NCBI GenBank assembly: GCA_003220795.1
Contig: QHTK01000053.1
Span: 15,814 to 79,813, forward strand
Direction of reading: 5' to 3'
DNA from: Gemmatimonadota bacterium
Lineage (GTDB): Bacteria > Gemmatimonadota > Gemmatimonadetes > Gemmatimonadales > GWC2-71-9
DNA length: 64,000 nucleotides
In this document: positions 17,772-28,200 of the stretch, piece after piece
How the letters are laid out: every line of letters begins with the position of its first letter
Position numbering within the stretch: the first letter of the stretch is position 1
Made by a program: the position numbers and the translations under genes
The notes under the pieces: generated by a model
Databases searched by the model: none
What the model saw: only the letters and a program-made list of their open reading frames with translations
Told to the model about the DNA's origin: nothing

Positions 17772-19676
17772 ATGCGACGCCGAACGTTCGTCGCCGCGGC
17801 GCTCAGCACGCCCCCGCTGGCGCGAGATCTGGCCCGGCTGCTGCGGCCGCCCGCGTCGAGCGATGCCATTCGGGTTACCAGCCCGAATGGCGCCATCGAG
17901 ATCGCGCTGCTCCCTGCCGACGGGTCTCGCTTGACCTACGGTGTCACCTTCCGGAACCGGCCGGTGATCGAGGCCTCGCCTCTCGGTATCCTCGTCGATG
18001 GCGTGGACTTGGGGCAGGGCGTGGAGGCGGGCAAGGTCGAGTCCTACGGCGCGAATGAGCACTACGCCTCGCGCGGCGTGCATTCCCAGGCGACCAATCG
18101 GTTCAACGGGGCGCGCATTGCGCTGCGGCACTCGGCAAGCGGAACCGACTCCGTCCTCGACGTGCGCGTCTTCGACGACGGGATCGCGTTCCGCTACATC
18201 GTGCCCGGGAAAGGGAGCCGGGTGGCGGACGAGGCCACGGCCTTCGCGCTCCCGGCCGGCGCTACGGTGTGGTATCACGATCTGCACGGACACTACGAAG
18301 GCGTCCACACCAAGAAGAGCATCGCCGACGTGGCGGCGGGCGATTGGGCCGCCCCGCCGCTCACCGTCAAGCTCCCCGACGCGGCGGGATACGCGGCGAT
18401 CACCGAGGCTGCCGTGATCCATTTCGCGGGCATGGTGCTGCAGGCTGACGGACAGGGTGCCTTCCGCGCCCGCCTCGGGCACGCTCCTCCGGCCAGCTAC
18501 CCGTTCACGCTGCGCTACGGGGACGCGGAGGCCGCCCGTCTGGCGCAGCCGGCGGCCATCTCGGGCACCATCACGACCCCATGGCGCGTCGTGATGATCG
18601 GGCCAGACCTCAACACGCTCGTGAACTGCGACATCGTGTCCAACCTCGCTCCGCCGCCGGACCCGCGGTTCTTCCCGCAGGGACTCCACACCGACTGGAT
18701 CAAGCCGGGGCGTGCCGTCTGGAAGTATCTCGACGGGGGCGGAGAGAACACGCTCGAGACCATGAAGCAGTTCTCACGGCTGGCCGGCGAGTTGGGCTTC
18801 GAGTACAACCTGGTGGAGGGGTTCTGGCAGCGCTGGAATGAGAGCGAGCTGCGGGAGCTGATCGACTACTCGCGAGCGCGCAACGTGGGGATCTGGCTGT
18901 GGAAGCACAGCCGGGACATCCGCGATCCCGAGGCCCGGGCGGCCTTCTTTCAGCACGCGCAGGACGTGGGCGCGGTGGGCGTGAAGCTCGACTTCTTCGA
19001 CCACGAAGCCAAGGAAATCATCGAGCTGTATCAAGCGGCACTTGAAGGCGCGGCCGCGCACCGGCTCATGGTCGACTTCCACGGCGCGAACAAGCCGACC
19101 GGCGAATCCCGCACCTGGCCGAACGAGCTGAACCGCGAGGCGGTATCCGGGATGGAGCGGCGGAGCATGCAGGCGTGGTCCCAGCACGACACGACGATTC
19201 CCTTCACGCGGATGCTGGCGGGGCATCTGGACTTCACACCGATGCTGTTCGGCGAGCGTCGCCGGGAGACCTCCTGGGCGCACCAGATCGCTACTGCCGC
19301 CCTGTTCACGGCTCCGCTGCTGGTCTACGGCGCGCACCCGCAGGCGATGCTCGACAACCCGGCGGTCGAGCTGATCAAGAGCATCCCGACCGTGTGGGAT
19401 GAGACGCGCGTGCTGCCGCAGAGCGAGATCGGCGAGATCGCGGCGTTCGCTCGCCGGCATGGGAAGCAGTGGTTCCTGGTGATTGCGAACGGCCCGAGCG
19501 CTCGGTCGGTCGAGGTCCCGCTCTCGTTCCTGGGCGGCGGGTCTCACCAGGCGCTGGTGGTGCGCGATCGGGAGGACGACCCTGCCGCCGTCGTGGTGGA
19601 ACACCCGACCCTGCACCGGCAAGATGCGCTCAAGATCGACCTACGCCCCGGCGGCGGTTGCGTCGCCCGTTTCTAG
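17772..19676 (+). CDS. glycoside hydrolase family 97 protein
   Basis: 634 aa with a Tat-like N-terminus MRRRTFVAAAL. GH97-like segments are DDGIAFRYIVPG, TTPWRVVMIG, VGVKLDFFD and VDFHGANKPTGESRTWPNEL. Confidence 0.7.
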   Translation: MRRRTFVAAALSTPPLARDLARLLRPPASSDAIRVTSPNGAIEIALLPADGSRLTYGVTFRNRPVIEASPLGILVDGVDLGQGVEAGKVESYGANEHYASRGVHSQATNRFNGARIALRHSASGTDSVLDVRVFDDGIAFRYIVPGKGSRVADEATAFALPAGATVWYHDLHGHYEGVHTKKSIADVAAGDWAAPPLTVKLPDAAGYAAITEAAVIHFAGMVLQADGQGAFRARLGHAPPASYPFTLRYGDAEAARLAQPAAISGTITTPWRVVMIGPDLNTLVNCDIVSNLAPPPDPRFFPQGLHTDWIKPGRAVWKYLDGGGENTLETMKQFSRLAGELGFEYNLVEGFWQRWNESELRELIDYSRARNVGIWLWKHSRDIRDPEARAAFFQHAQDVGAVGVKLDFFDHEAKEIIELYQAALEGAAAHRLMVDFHGANKPTGESRTWPNELNREAVSGMERRSMQAWSQHDTTIPFTRMLAGHLDFTPMLFGERRRETSWAHQIATAALFTAPLLVYGAHPQAMLDNPAVELIKSIPTVWDETRVLPQSEIGEIAAFARRHGKQWFLVIANGPSARSVEVPLSFLGGGSHQALVVRDREDDPAAVVVEHPTLHRQDALKIDLRPGGGCVARF

Positions 19677-19700
19677 GGGTCGCTCAAGTCCGTCCGGTCA

Positions 19701-19810
19701 GTTATGAGGGACTGAAGTCCCCACTCGGCGGCGGCGCGTCTTGAAAGGCGCATGCGCAAGCGTCCTTGAGGACGCCCTCGAGCCGAGATGGGACTTGAGT
19801 CCCTAATAAC
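19701..19810. repeat. 110-bp inverted-repeat element (21-nt arms, 19/21 complementary) between convergent GH97 and GH2 genes
   Basis: The left arm GTTATGAGGGACTGAAGTCCC (19701-19721) pairs with the right arm GGGACTTGAGTCCCTAATAAC (19790-19810). Each arm contains its own GGGACT/AGTCCC mini-hairpin. The interior holds GCGTCC-TTGA-GGACGC. Confidence 0.7.
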
Positions 19811-19884
19811 CCCATCGAACACCGTACCGTCCCAGCCATCGCACCACTGTCACCGTCACACGATTGCGATTTCTCAGCTCCCTG

Positions 19885-22698
19885 CTAAGGTCTCGGCACG
19901 AACACGACCGTCGGGTCGAGCGGATACCGGCCGAAGCGGCGGCCGTAGATGGCGAGCCCGCCGGGCAACGCGGCATCGACCTCCAACCGGATGACCAGCT
20001 GCCCGAGCGCGGCGGCCCGCTCGAGCGCGTCGCGCGGCACGGTCACCCGCAGCAGCGTGCCGTAGGAGCCCGCCTCGCGCAGGCGCCGGTCGCGCTTCTG
20101 GTAGTGCCAGGACAGGATGCCGCGGTGATCAGCCGGGTCGTCGTCGAGCATCTCGCGGCCCGCCACCACGTCGTTGATGCGCACGGTCACGGCGCTCGGG
20201 AAACGCTGCCCATCGGTCATGGGGTAGGCGTTGGGGTTCAAGGTCGGGTCGTTGGTGCCCCGGCCGCGCATGTAGTCGCCCTCCATCCGCCCGGCGTCCT
20301 CACGGTCCTTGCCGAACAGCTCTTTGGCGGAGACTTCCGCCAGGAACGCGGCGCTCTCCAGCTCGGCGGGGCGCACTCCCTGGGGCCAGGCGACCCGATA
20401 CTCGAAGAACCCCGAGCCGGCGCCGTTCACTTTCAACCCGTCCATCACGTTCCACTGCTTGAGCGACCAGGCCGCCGCGTGGAAGCCGGCCGGGTCGATT
20501 GTCAGTAGCCGGACGCGCCGGCCGCCGTCCAGCCGCACCTCCTGCGGGGGCGCGCCCTCCACGACAAACGTGCAAAAGTTGCGATGCAACACCGCGCCCG
20601 TGGCATCTTCGAGCCGCACGGCGAGCACGAGCACGGCGGGCTCGTCGGGCATCGGGACGAGGAGCGGCTCGAGCGCCGCCGTCATCCAGGGATGGTACGG
20701 TATCCGGCGCGCGGTCTCGGAGTAGGTCCGCCGTTGGGCGAGTGCGTTCCAGCCGTACAGCTCGGCGCGCAGGGTGAGGCTGTCGCCCAGCGCCGTGCTC
20801 GAGGTCAGGAAGGAGGCATACAACGGCACGCGCACCTTGGCTCCCGCGGGCACGCTCTGGCTCAGCTCGTCGCCCACCGCGACGTACACCGGCGCGTGCA
20901 GGTCCCGGAGCGTCATCCCAGGGACCAGCTCGCCCAGCCCCGTTTCTTTCTCGGAGCGGTCGTAGCGCCAGTACCCGTTCCACTCGTTGATGACATCGTG
21001 CAGCTCGGTGTACAGCCAGCCGGCGATCCGCGGGTGGCGGCGGAACGCGTTCACCGCACGGTGGTAGTCCCAGCTCCAGTCGACGTCGCCCGTACTGCCC
21101 TCGTATCCCCACACGTTGCCGAACTCGCTGTTGATGTTCGGCTGGCGCGCCTGGCGGTAGCCCGTCTCGAAGTTCCACGACGAGCCCGGGCGGGTGCTGT
21201 CGCTCACCAGGCGGTCGTGTTCCTCCCAGGCCCACCCCGGCAGGTAGGAGTGCCACGAGTTGATGTCGGTCTCGGTGTGGCCGCGGCCGCAGCACGGCGA
21301 GTTGTCCTCCACCAGCCGCGTCGAATCGAGCGCTTTCGCCTCGCGATACACCGACGCGACCCAGCTTTGCGTCTCGGGGCGATACACCTGCCTCTGCCCC
21401 TCTTTCGTGAGCAGGCCCCATGTCTCGTTGAACAGCACCCAGGCGAAGATGGCCGGATGGTTGTAATCGCGTGCCACCATCCCCTGGAGCGTCGACTCCG
21501 CCTCCCGGCGCATGGACGAGTCGGGCTCACCCCACGAGTTGGGCACGTCCGCCATGATCAGGAGCCCCAGCCGGTCGGCCCAATAGAGCTTGCGCGGCGA
21601 CTCGACTTTCACGTGTTCGCGCAGCCCGGTCAGGCCGATCTGCTTGGCGCGCAGAATTTCGGCGCGCACGAAGGAGTCGCTGGGGAAGGTGTAGAACCCC
21701 TCGGGGTGGAACGCCTGGTCGAGCGTGAGCTGCAGGTAGAGCGGCTCGTCGTTCAGGGCCACGTAGCGGTACTCCGTCCCGGGCAGGTCCACGACGGAGA
21801 TCTTTCGCATTCCGAAGTAGCTCTGCACCCGATCGTCGCCCACGCTGGCGTCGACCTCGTACAGGAACGGGTCCGCGAGCGACCACAGGTGGGCGTTCGG
21901 GATCGGAACCTCGAAGGTCACCTGGTCTGCCCCGCGAGGCACGCGTCGGGTCACGCCCGGCAGCGCCGCGTTTTTGAAGCGCAGCGTCAGCGTGAGCTCC
22001 CGCGGCGCCTTCTCGAGCAGGGCGGCCGTGACGCCGACCCGTTTCCGGTCGACGTCGGGCGAGAAGTGGAGCAGGCGGAGGGGCACCGCGCCGCGGGCCT
22101 CCAGGTAGGGCGTTTGCCAGATGCCGCGCGCATTGCCGTACCCCTGTTTGCCTTCGAGCTTGAAGACGCGCGGTGCGTCGTCGACCCGGAGCACGAGCAG
22201 CTGTGGCTGCCCAGGCTTCAGCTGCTGCGTGAGCTCGAACTCGAACGGGATGTAGCCGCCGTCGTGGAGCCCGAGCTTCTGGCCGTCGAGCCACGCCGTA
22301 GTACGCCAGTCGGCGGCGCCGATCACGAGGAAGACGCGCCGTCCACTCCACGCGGCCGGCACGTCGATCGTCCGGGCGTACCAGCCGATCGGGGCGCTGT
22401 CGGGCACGCCCGACAGGGGGCTCCCCCAGGGGAACGGCACGACGATCGGGCGAGCCGTGGGTGGGCCGGTGCGATACCATCGTTGAGACTCGCCCACGTC
22501 CTGACCGTCGAACTCGAACTGCCACGGCCCGTTCAGGTTCTGCCACAGCGCCCGCTCGAAGTCGGGCCGGGGATGCTCGGGGAGGGGGATGCTCGGGGGG
22601 TCAAGGGGCGAGGACCTTGTCGGTAGAGGAACCAGCGTCGCGACGACAACTACCATCGTCGCCCACGTTGCTCGGTTACGAAATGAAGTCAGCGGCAC
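19885..22698 (-). CDS. glycoside hydrolase family 2 protein
   Basis: 937 aa from GTG 22698; an alternative start is ATG 22656. GH2 sugar-binding-domain-like N-terminus (WQFEFDG.., WYARTIDVPAAWSGRRVFLVIGAADWRTTAWLDGQKLGLHDGGYIPFEFELT). TIM-barrel acid/base motif NHPAIFAWVLFNETWG. Confidence 0.75.
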   Translation of the reverse strand: MPLTSFRNRATWATMVVVVATLVPLPTRSSPLDPPSIPLPEHPRPDFERALWQNLNGPWQFEFDGQDVGESQRWYRTGPPTARPIVVPFPWGSPLSGVPDSAPIGWYARTIDVPAAWSGRRVFLVIGAADWRTTAWLDGQKLGLHDGGYIPFEFELTQQLKPGQPQLLVLRVDDAPRVFKLEGKQGYGNARGIWQTPYLEARGAVPLRLLHFSPDVDRKRVGVTAALLEKAPRELTLTLRFKNAALPGVTRRVPRGADQVTFEVPIPNAHLWSLADPFLYEVDASVGDDRVQSYFGMRKISVVDLPGTEYRYVALNDEPLYLQLTLDQAFHPEGFYTFPSDSFVRAEILRAKQIGLTGLREHVKVESPRKLYWADRLGLLIMADVPNSWGEPDSSMRREAESTLQGMVARDYNHPAIFAWVLFNETWGLLTKEGQRQVYRPETQSWVASVYREAKALDSTRLVEDNSPCCGRGHTETDINSWHSYLPGWAWEEHDRLVSDSTRPGSSWNFETGYRQARQPNINSEFGNVWGYEGSTGDVDWSWDYHRAVNAFRRHPRIAGWLYTELHDVINEWNGYWRYDRSEKETGLGELVPGMTLRDLHAPVYVAVGDELSQSVPAGAKVRVPLYASFLTSSTALGDSLTLRAELYGWNALAQRRTYSETARRIPYHPWMTAALEPLLVPMPDEPAVLVLAVRLEDATGAVLHRNFCTFVVEGAPPQEVRLDGGRRVRLLTIDPAGFHAAAWSLKQWNVMDGLKVNGAGSGFFEYRVAWPQGVRPAELESAAFLAEVSAKELFGKDREDAGRMEGDYMRGRGTNDPTLNPNAYPMTDGQRFPSAVTVRINDVVAGREMLDDDPADHRGILSWHYQKRDRRLREAGSYGTLLRVTVPRDALERAAALGQLVIRLEVDAALPGGLAIYGRRFGRYPLDPTVVFVPRP

Positions 22699-23762
22699 TG
22701 ACCCGACGGCACCCGAATGGGCGATCCGGTCGCAGCGGGAGTGCCGAAGTCGGGGGACCCGTCGGGACGCCAGCCGAATTTCTGCATCCGGATGGCGCGA
22801 TCCCAGCCCGGCAGCGTGTCGACCTTGGAGTGGTACACGATCCAGTCCTCCGTGCCGTCAGGCGAGACCGTGAAGCTGGCGTGCCCCACGCCGTACACGG
22901 TCGCCGTGCCCGTAAATACCGGCCCGCTCTTGGTCCAGTTACCCGGATCCATCGGGTCAGCATCCAGGCTCGTGAGCTTGAGTTGCCCCAGGCGGTAGTC
23001 CTTGAGCCAGGATTCCCGCGTGGAGTAGATGATGAACACGTCGGCGCCGCGCTCGAGGAATTCCGGTCCCTCGTTCAGGTCCAGCTCCGTGCCCCGCTCC
23101 CAGCTCTCGGTGGGGGAGGAGATCCGCACGCGGTCACTACTGATCGTCCAAGGATCGGACATGCGAGCGATGTACAGATGCTGCGGCGTTCGGTCGGTCG
23201 TGCTGTTCGTGTCCCAGCCAGACCACACCGCGTACAACTGGCTCCCCAGACGCGTCACCGTGAGATCGATCGCCCAGATGTCGTCCGTGCCCTTCCGGAC
23301 GTCGTTGCCCGTGTAGAGCATGCCCTTGTCGATGTAGCGTCCCTGGGGATCGTCGCCGGCAGACTGGAGCACGCCGCTCCGCTGGTACAGGAACGGCGGG
23401 CCCGACCTTCCGGCGGCGTAATAGATGTACCAGCGACCGTCGATGTAGTGGAGCTCGGGCGCCCAGACGTTGCTGCGGTTCCATCCGTTATGCGGCGCCG
23501 TCCACACGGGGACGCCGTTCTTGGTCGGCTCGGTCAGCCGGTCGGATCGGTAGACCCAAATCGTGCGGTCCTGCGACTGGACGAAATAGTACGAGCTGTC
23601 GCGGCGCACGACCCAGGGATCGGCGCCCGCGGTCACCGGATTGGCGAAGCGACAGTCCTGTGCCGAGGGATCGACGCGCGCCGTGCCGGTCGCGTAGTTG
23701 GCGCACGCAGCCAGCAGCGGCAACGCCGCGACCCAGCCGCCGCTGAGCGAAGGTTTCACCAT
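22689..23762 (-). CDS. glycoside hydrolase family 43 lipoprotein
   Basis: ATG 23762 with lipobox LPLLAAC. GH43 motifs are GADPWVVRRDSSYYFV, NVWAPELHYIDGRWYIYY and NEGPEFLERG. Confidence 0.85.
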   Translation of the reverse strand: MVKPSLSGGWVAALPLLAACANYATGTARVDPSAQDCRFANPVTAGADPWVVRRDSSYYFVQSQDRTIWVYRSDRLTEPTKNGVPVWTAPHNGWNRSNVWAPELHYIDGRWYIYYAAGRSGPPFLYQRSGVLQSAGDDPQGRYIDKGMLYTGNDVRKGTDDIWAIDLTVTRLGSQLYAVWSGWDTNSTTDRTPQHLYIARMSDPWTISSDRVRISSPTESWERGTELDLNEGPEFLERGADVFIIYSTRESWLKDYRLGQLKLTSLDADPMDPGNWTKSGPVFTGTATVYGVGHASFTVSPDGTEDWIVYHSKVDTLPGWDRAIRMQKFGWRPDGSPDFGTPAATGSPIRVPSGQCR

Positions 23763-25225
23763 CCCGGGTTTTGCTTGACGTTGGGGTTGAGATCTCTCTC
23801 GGTCTGCGGGATCGGCAACAGCTCCGACTTGCCGGCGACGAAGAACTGAAATTCGGGATCTTCCGCCTGAAGCGCCGGCGTGATTCGGGCGTGCCGCTCG
23901 AGGTCGGCCCAGCGTTGCCCCTCGAGGCCAAGCTCGAACATGCGCTCGCGCAGGATCCGCTCCCGCAACGAGTCGGCGCTCAGACCGGCCGGCAGGGGCG
24001 GGAGCGTGACTCGCGCCCGCACCCGGTCGACTAAGGGGTATGCCTCCGCGGTGCGCCCCAGCTCGTTCAGAGCCTCGGCATCGAGCAGCAGCACGTCGGC
24101 GTAGCGGATGACGCGAAAATTGATGGCGGCATCCCAGTCCTGATCAGGGAGGCCGAGGTAGTACTCGCCGTACTTCTTGAAGAACAGCTGGGTAGTATCG
24201 GCCGCGTAGCGGACGGCGAACGGCGTGCCGTACACGTCCATTCCGCCCGCCTTGTTGTAATAGATGGTCAGGTCGAGGCGGGGGTCCACCCGGCCGCCGA
24301 CCGTCGTGTCTTTGAGGAACTGCTCGACGTACCAGCGCGTCGGCCGGCCGTCGCAGTAGCTCGGCCCGCACGGTCCCACCATGCGGGAGATGTTGAGTCC
24401 GCGTGTTCCCGCGCTCAGGAACGAGCGGTCGCCGAACTGGACCTCGAACAGCGACTCGACGTTGTTCTCGAACCGGTCGGTGAAATTATCCGCGTAGTTC
24501 GGCATGAGGTCGTACAGCCCCGAGCCGATCACCTCGGCGAGCGCTGCGTCTGCTTGACTCCACTTGCCCTGCTGCATGTAGGCTTTGCCGAGCAGCGCCG
24601 TCGCCGCGCCCCAGGTCGCCCGGCCCAGGTCGTTACCGCTGTAGGACCGCGGCAGCACGGGGCGCGCCTGGGTCAGGTCCTGCTCGATCTGTGCCCACAG
24701 CTCCGGCGGCCCGACCGTCGCGGGACGATCCGTGGGCTGGGGCGGCGTCGTGATCAAGGGGACGTTGCCGTACAGAGTCACCAGGTTGAGATACATCAGT
24801 GCCCGGATGAACTTCGCTTCCCCGACGATGCGGTCCCGCAGCGTCGCATCCATGGGGATCGCGGGCACGCGGGCGATGACCTGGTTGGCCCGGAAGATGG
24901 CCTGGTAATGATGCTGCCAGATCTCCCGGTTCACCTCGAAATCGTAGCTCGTGAACGTGAACTTGGTGAAGTTCGAGAGGTCGGTCCACGGACTGAGAAT
25001 CATGCCGATGTCCGAGCGCAGGTCGGTGGCGAACACCAGCCACCGCCCGTACGTGCCGTTGTTCTGCAGGGCGTTGTACGCGGCGTTGACGCCGGCGAGG
25101 GCGTCCCCCGCAGTCTGCCAGAACGTGCCGGTGCTCGGCCCGTTGGGGTCCTGCAGGTCGAGATTCGTGCAGCCCGCCAACGTCGCCCCGAGGAGCAAGG
25201 AGGCGAGAAGTCTGCGGAGTCTCAT
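23756..25225 (-). CDS. RagB/SusD family nutrient uptake outer membrane lipoprotein
   Basis: ATG 25225 with signal MRLRRLLASLLLGATLAGC. SusD-like segments are AIFRANQVIARV, GEAKFIRALMYLNLVTLYGNVPL and RYADVLLLDAEALNE. It starts 19 nt downstream of the SusC stop. Confidence 0.9.
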   Translation of the reverse strand: MRLRRLLASLLLGATLAGCTNLDLQDPNGPSTGTFWQTAGDALAGVNAAYNALQNNGTYGRWLVFATDLRSDIGMILSPWTDLSNFTKFTFTSYDFEVNREIWQHHYQAIFRANQVIARVPAIPMDATLRDRIVGEAKFIRALMYLNLVTLYGNVPLITTPPQPTDRPATVGPPELWAQIEQDLTQARPVLPRSYSGNDLGRATWGAATALLGKAYMQQGKWSQADAALAEVIGSGLYDLMPNYADNFTDRFENNVESLFEVQFGDRSFLSAGTRGLNISRMVGPCGPSYCDGRPTRWYVEQFLKDTTVGGRVDPRLDLTIYYNKAGGMDVYGTPFAVRYAADTTQLFFKKYGEYYLGLPDQDWDAAINFRVIRYADVLLLDAEALNELGRTAEAYPLVDRVRARVTLPPLPAGLSADSLRERILRERMFELGLEGQRWADLERHARITPALQAEDPEFQFFVAGKSELLPIPQTERDLNPNVKQNPGW

Positions 25226-25244
25226 AGTTGCGCTCCCGTGAGAG

Positions 25245-28200
25245 TCACAGACGCAGATCGAGTCCAAAGCTGATCGTCCGGGGATTGGGATAGATGAGGC
25301 CGTCGTCGATGCCGCGCGCCAGCGGATCGGCAAACCCGAGCGTCTCGGGGTCCCAGTTCGAAAAGCCCGTGAACGTGTAGAGGTTCTGCACGTTGACGTA
25401 GATCTTCGGCTCCACGGCGGACACGCCCAGCCACCGCACCACGTCGCTCGGGACGCGATAGCCCAGCGAGATGTTCTGGATCCGCAGGAACGAGCCGCTT
25501 TCGATCCACCGATCCGACAGCGGATTGGCGTTCATGGCGCCCTCGGGACCGATGACGGCGCGCGGCGTGGTGGTGCTCGGGTTGGTCGGCGACCACGGCG
25601 CGAGCCCTGCACGGAAGTTGGAGATGTCGTCCATGCGGTCGGTCCAGTAGCGCGCCACGTTGAAGATCTTGCCCCCGGCGGAACCGCGCAGGTTGAGCGT
25701 GAAGTCGAACCGGTGATAGTGGCCGTCCAGAAAGAGGCCGCCGGTCACGTCGGGAACCGCACTCCCGGCGTCGTAGCGGTCGGCATCGGTGATGCGGCCG
25801 TCGCCGTTCAGGTCCACGTAGCGCACATCGCCGGGCTTTGCGTCGGGTTGAGCGCTGGCCTGGACCTCCGCCGCGCTCTGGAAGATGCCGTCCGTCTTGA
25901 GCACCCAGAACGTCCCGATCGGTAGGCCGTCGGCTGTACGCGCGACGCCGAACGGCCCGGCGAAGATCGGCTGGCCGCCGTTGCCGAGCGCGACCACCCG
26001 GTTCCTGGTGGTCATCAGCGTAAGGCTCGTGTTGAGCTGGAAGTCGCCGCGCTCGAAGCGGTGCGTAGCGGCGAGCTCGAAGCCGGTGTTGCGGATCGTA
26101 CCCGCGTTCACGACGGGGACGCCCACGACGCCCAGGCTCCAGGGAATCGGCGCTGCGACGAGTAGCCCGCTCGACGTCGACACGTAGTAGTCGGCCGTGA
26201 CGCTGAGCCGGTCGTTCAAGAGGCCCAGGTCGACGCCGATGTTGGTCTCGCGGTTGCTCTGCCACCGGATGTTCGGATTGGCCAGAGTGATCTGGGTGGC
26301 GCCGTTTGCGACCACGTTGGATCCCAACAAGTAGTTGAGTCCCTGCACGATCGGCGCCGAGAACTGGTAGTCGCCGATGTCCTGATTCCCCAGCACGCCG
26401 TAGCTCGCCCGCAGCTTGAAGTAGTCCACCCCGCGGCCGAGCAGGGGGATCGACGGGTAGAACCCCTCCTGACTCATGACCCAACCCAGCGACGCCGCTC
26501 CGAACGTGCCGGAGCGGTTGCTCGGGCCGAAGCGCGACGAGCCGTCACGGCGGACGCTCCCGGTGAAGAGGTAGCGGTCCCTGTAGGCGTAGTTGGCACG
26601 CACCAGGAGCGCGCGCAGCGCGTTCTCGAACCGGGACCCCGCGTTATTCAGGTTGCTGCGCTGGCCCGCGTCGATGACCTGCAGGTCCTGGTCGGTGAAG
26701 CCCTCACGGTACGCGACCAACTGGTCCAGGCTCTGCCGCTGCTCCGTGTAGCCGGCGACCGCGTTGAGGCGGTGCGCGCCCGCCCCGTAGCTCTGGTCGA
26801 AGGTGAGCAGGTTCTCGAAGAGGAGCGAGGTCTGCTCGTTCTGCGTGCGCGTGAGGCGCGCGGGGAGGAGCGGATCCCGAAAGCGCAGCTGTCCCTGGCG
26901 GATGAAGTTCTGCTGAGTGAAGCCTTCCAGATTGACGCCGAGGTTGAAGCGGTAGCGCAGGCTCGACAGCAGTTGCAGCTCGGCGAACGTGGTTCCGATC
27001 ACCTGATTGGAGCGCACCCAGTTGTCCTGCATCCGCAGCTCGCCTACCGGGTTGGTGCCGAACGTCGGGACGGCATCGCTCCCGAAGGCAAAGCCGCTCG
27101 TGGTGGTGCTGTCATACACGGGGATGGCCGGCGGGAATCGCACTACGTCGATGAGCGGAAAGCCGTTCAGGCCCTGCCGCCGCGTGCTCGAGAGCGCCAC
27201 ATTCTCCCCGAGCGTCAGGCGGCCGCGCTGCAGCTGGGAGTTGATGCGAAAGTTGTAGCGGTGGAACCCGGTCTGGATGATGGCGCCGTCTTGCTGGAGG
27301 TAGCCGCCCGAGATCAGGTAACTGGCGTTGGCGGTGGCGCCCGACACGGTCAGGCCGTGGTCCTGGATGGCGCCGGTCGTGAATACCGCGTCCTGCCAGT
27401 CGGTGCTGATCGGCGGCGGATTCGCGGCGCCCGGGATCACCGCTTGACCCGCGTTCTGGTACGCCTGGCGCGCGACCGCGGCCCACCCCGCCGTGTTCAT
27501 CATGGGGACGCGCTTGGGGATCGCCTGGAAGCCGTAGGAGGACCGCAGGTCGACGCGCGTGTCGCCGCGCCCGCGGCGCGTGCGGATCACGACGACGCCG
27601 TTCGCCGCCTGCGCGCCGTACTGCGCCGCGGCCGAGGCGTCCTTCAACACCTCCATCGATTCGATGTCGTCCGGATCGAGGTTGGGGTTCTCCCCCACGT
27701 ACATCCCGTCGACGACGTACAGCGGGGTCGTATTGCCGAGGAAGTTCTGACCGCGGATGACGACCTGGGCCGGCCGCCCTGGCTCGCCCGAGGCGGCGAT
27801 CTGCACGCCGGCCACCCGCCCGCGCAGCGCTTCCTCGAGGGTGGCGACCTGCTGACTGCGGATCTCCTCGCCCGTGACCCCCGCCGTCGCGTCCGACACG
27901 TCCCGCCGCTGTTGGGTGGTGTAGCCCAACACCACCTGGGCCGGCAGCGTCAGGGGGGCGGGCTCGAGCGACACATCGATGACCGCGCGCCCCTCGATCG
28001 CCACCTCCAAGGTGCGGTACCCGATGGCGCGGAACACCAGCGTGCGAGCCCCCGCCGGCAGACTGAGCCGGTACTCGCCTTTGTCGTCGGTCAGTGTGCC
28101 CTGGGTGGTGCCGGCCACCAGGACGCGCGCCGCTGGCACTGGAGATGCGTCGCTGGTGCTGACCACGCGGCCGCGCAGGCTGTCCTGCGCCCGCGCCGCG

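Noticed and set aside
19701-19810. The inverted-repeat element, considered as a bona fide MITE or IS remnant (mobile_element).
   Set aside because: I could not identify a target-site duplication flanking the arms, and the window has no transposase and no second copy. It is reported only as a repeat of unknown nature.
19788-19994. A 68-aa plus-strand ORF in the GH97/GH2 gap that overlaps the GH2 3' end.
   Set aside because: It starts inside the right arm of the inverted repeat and overlaps the GH2 coding end in antisense. It has no recognisable motif or RBS.
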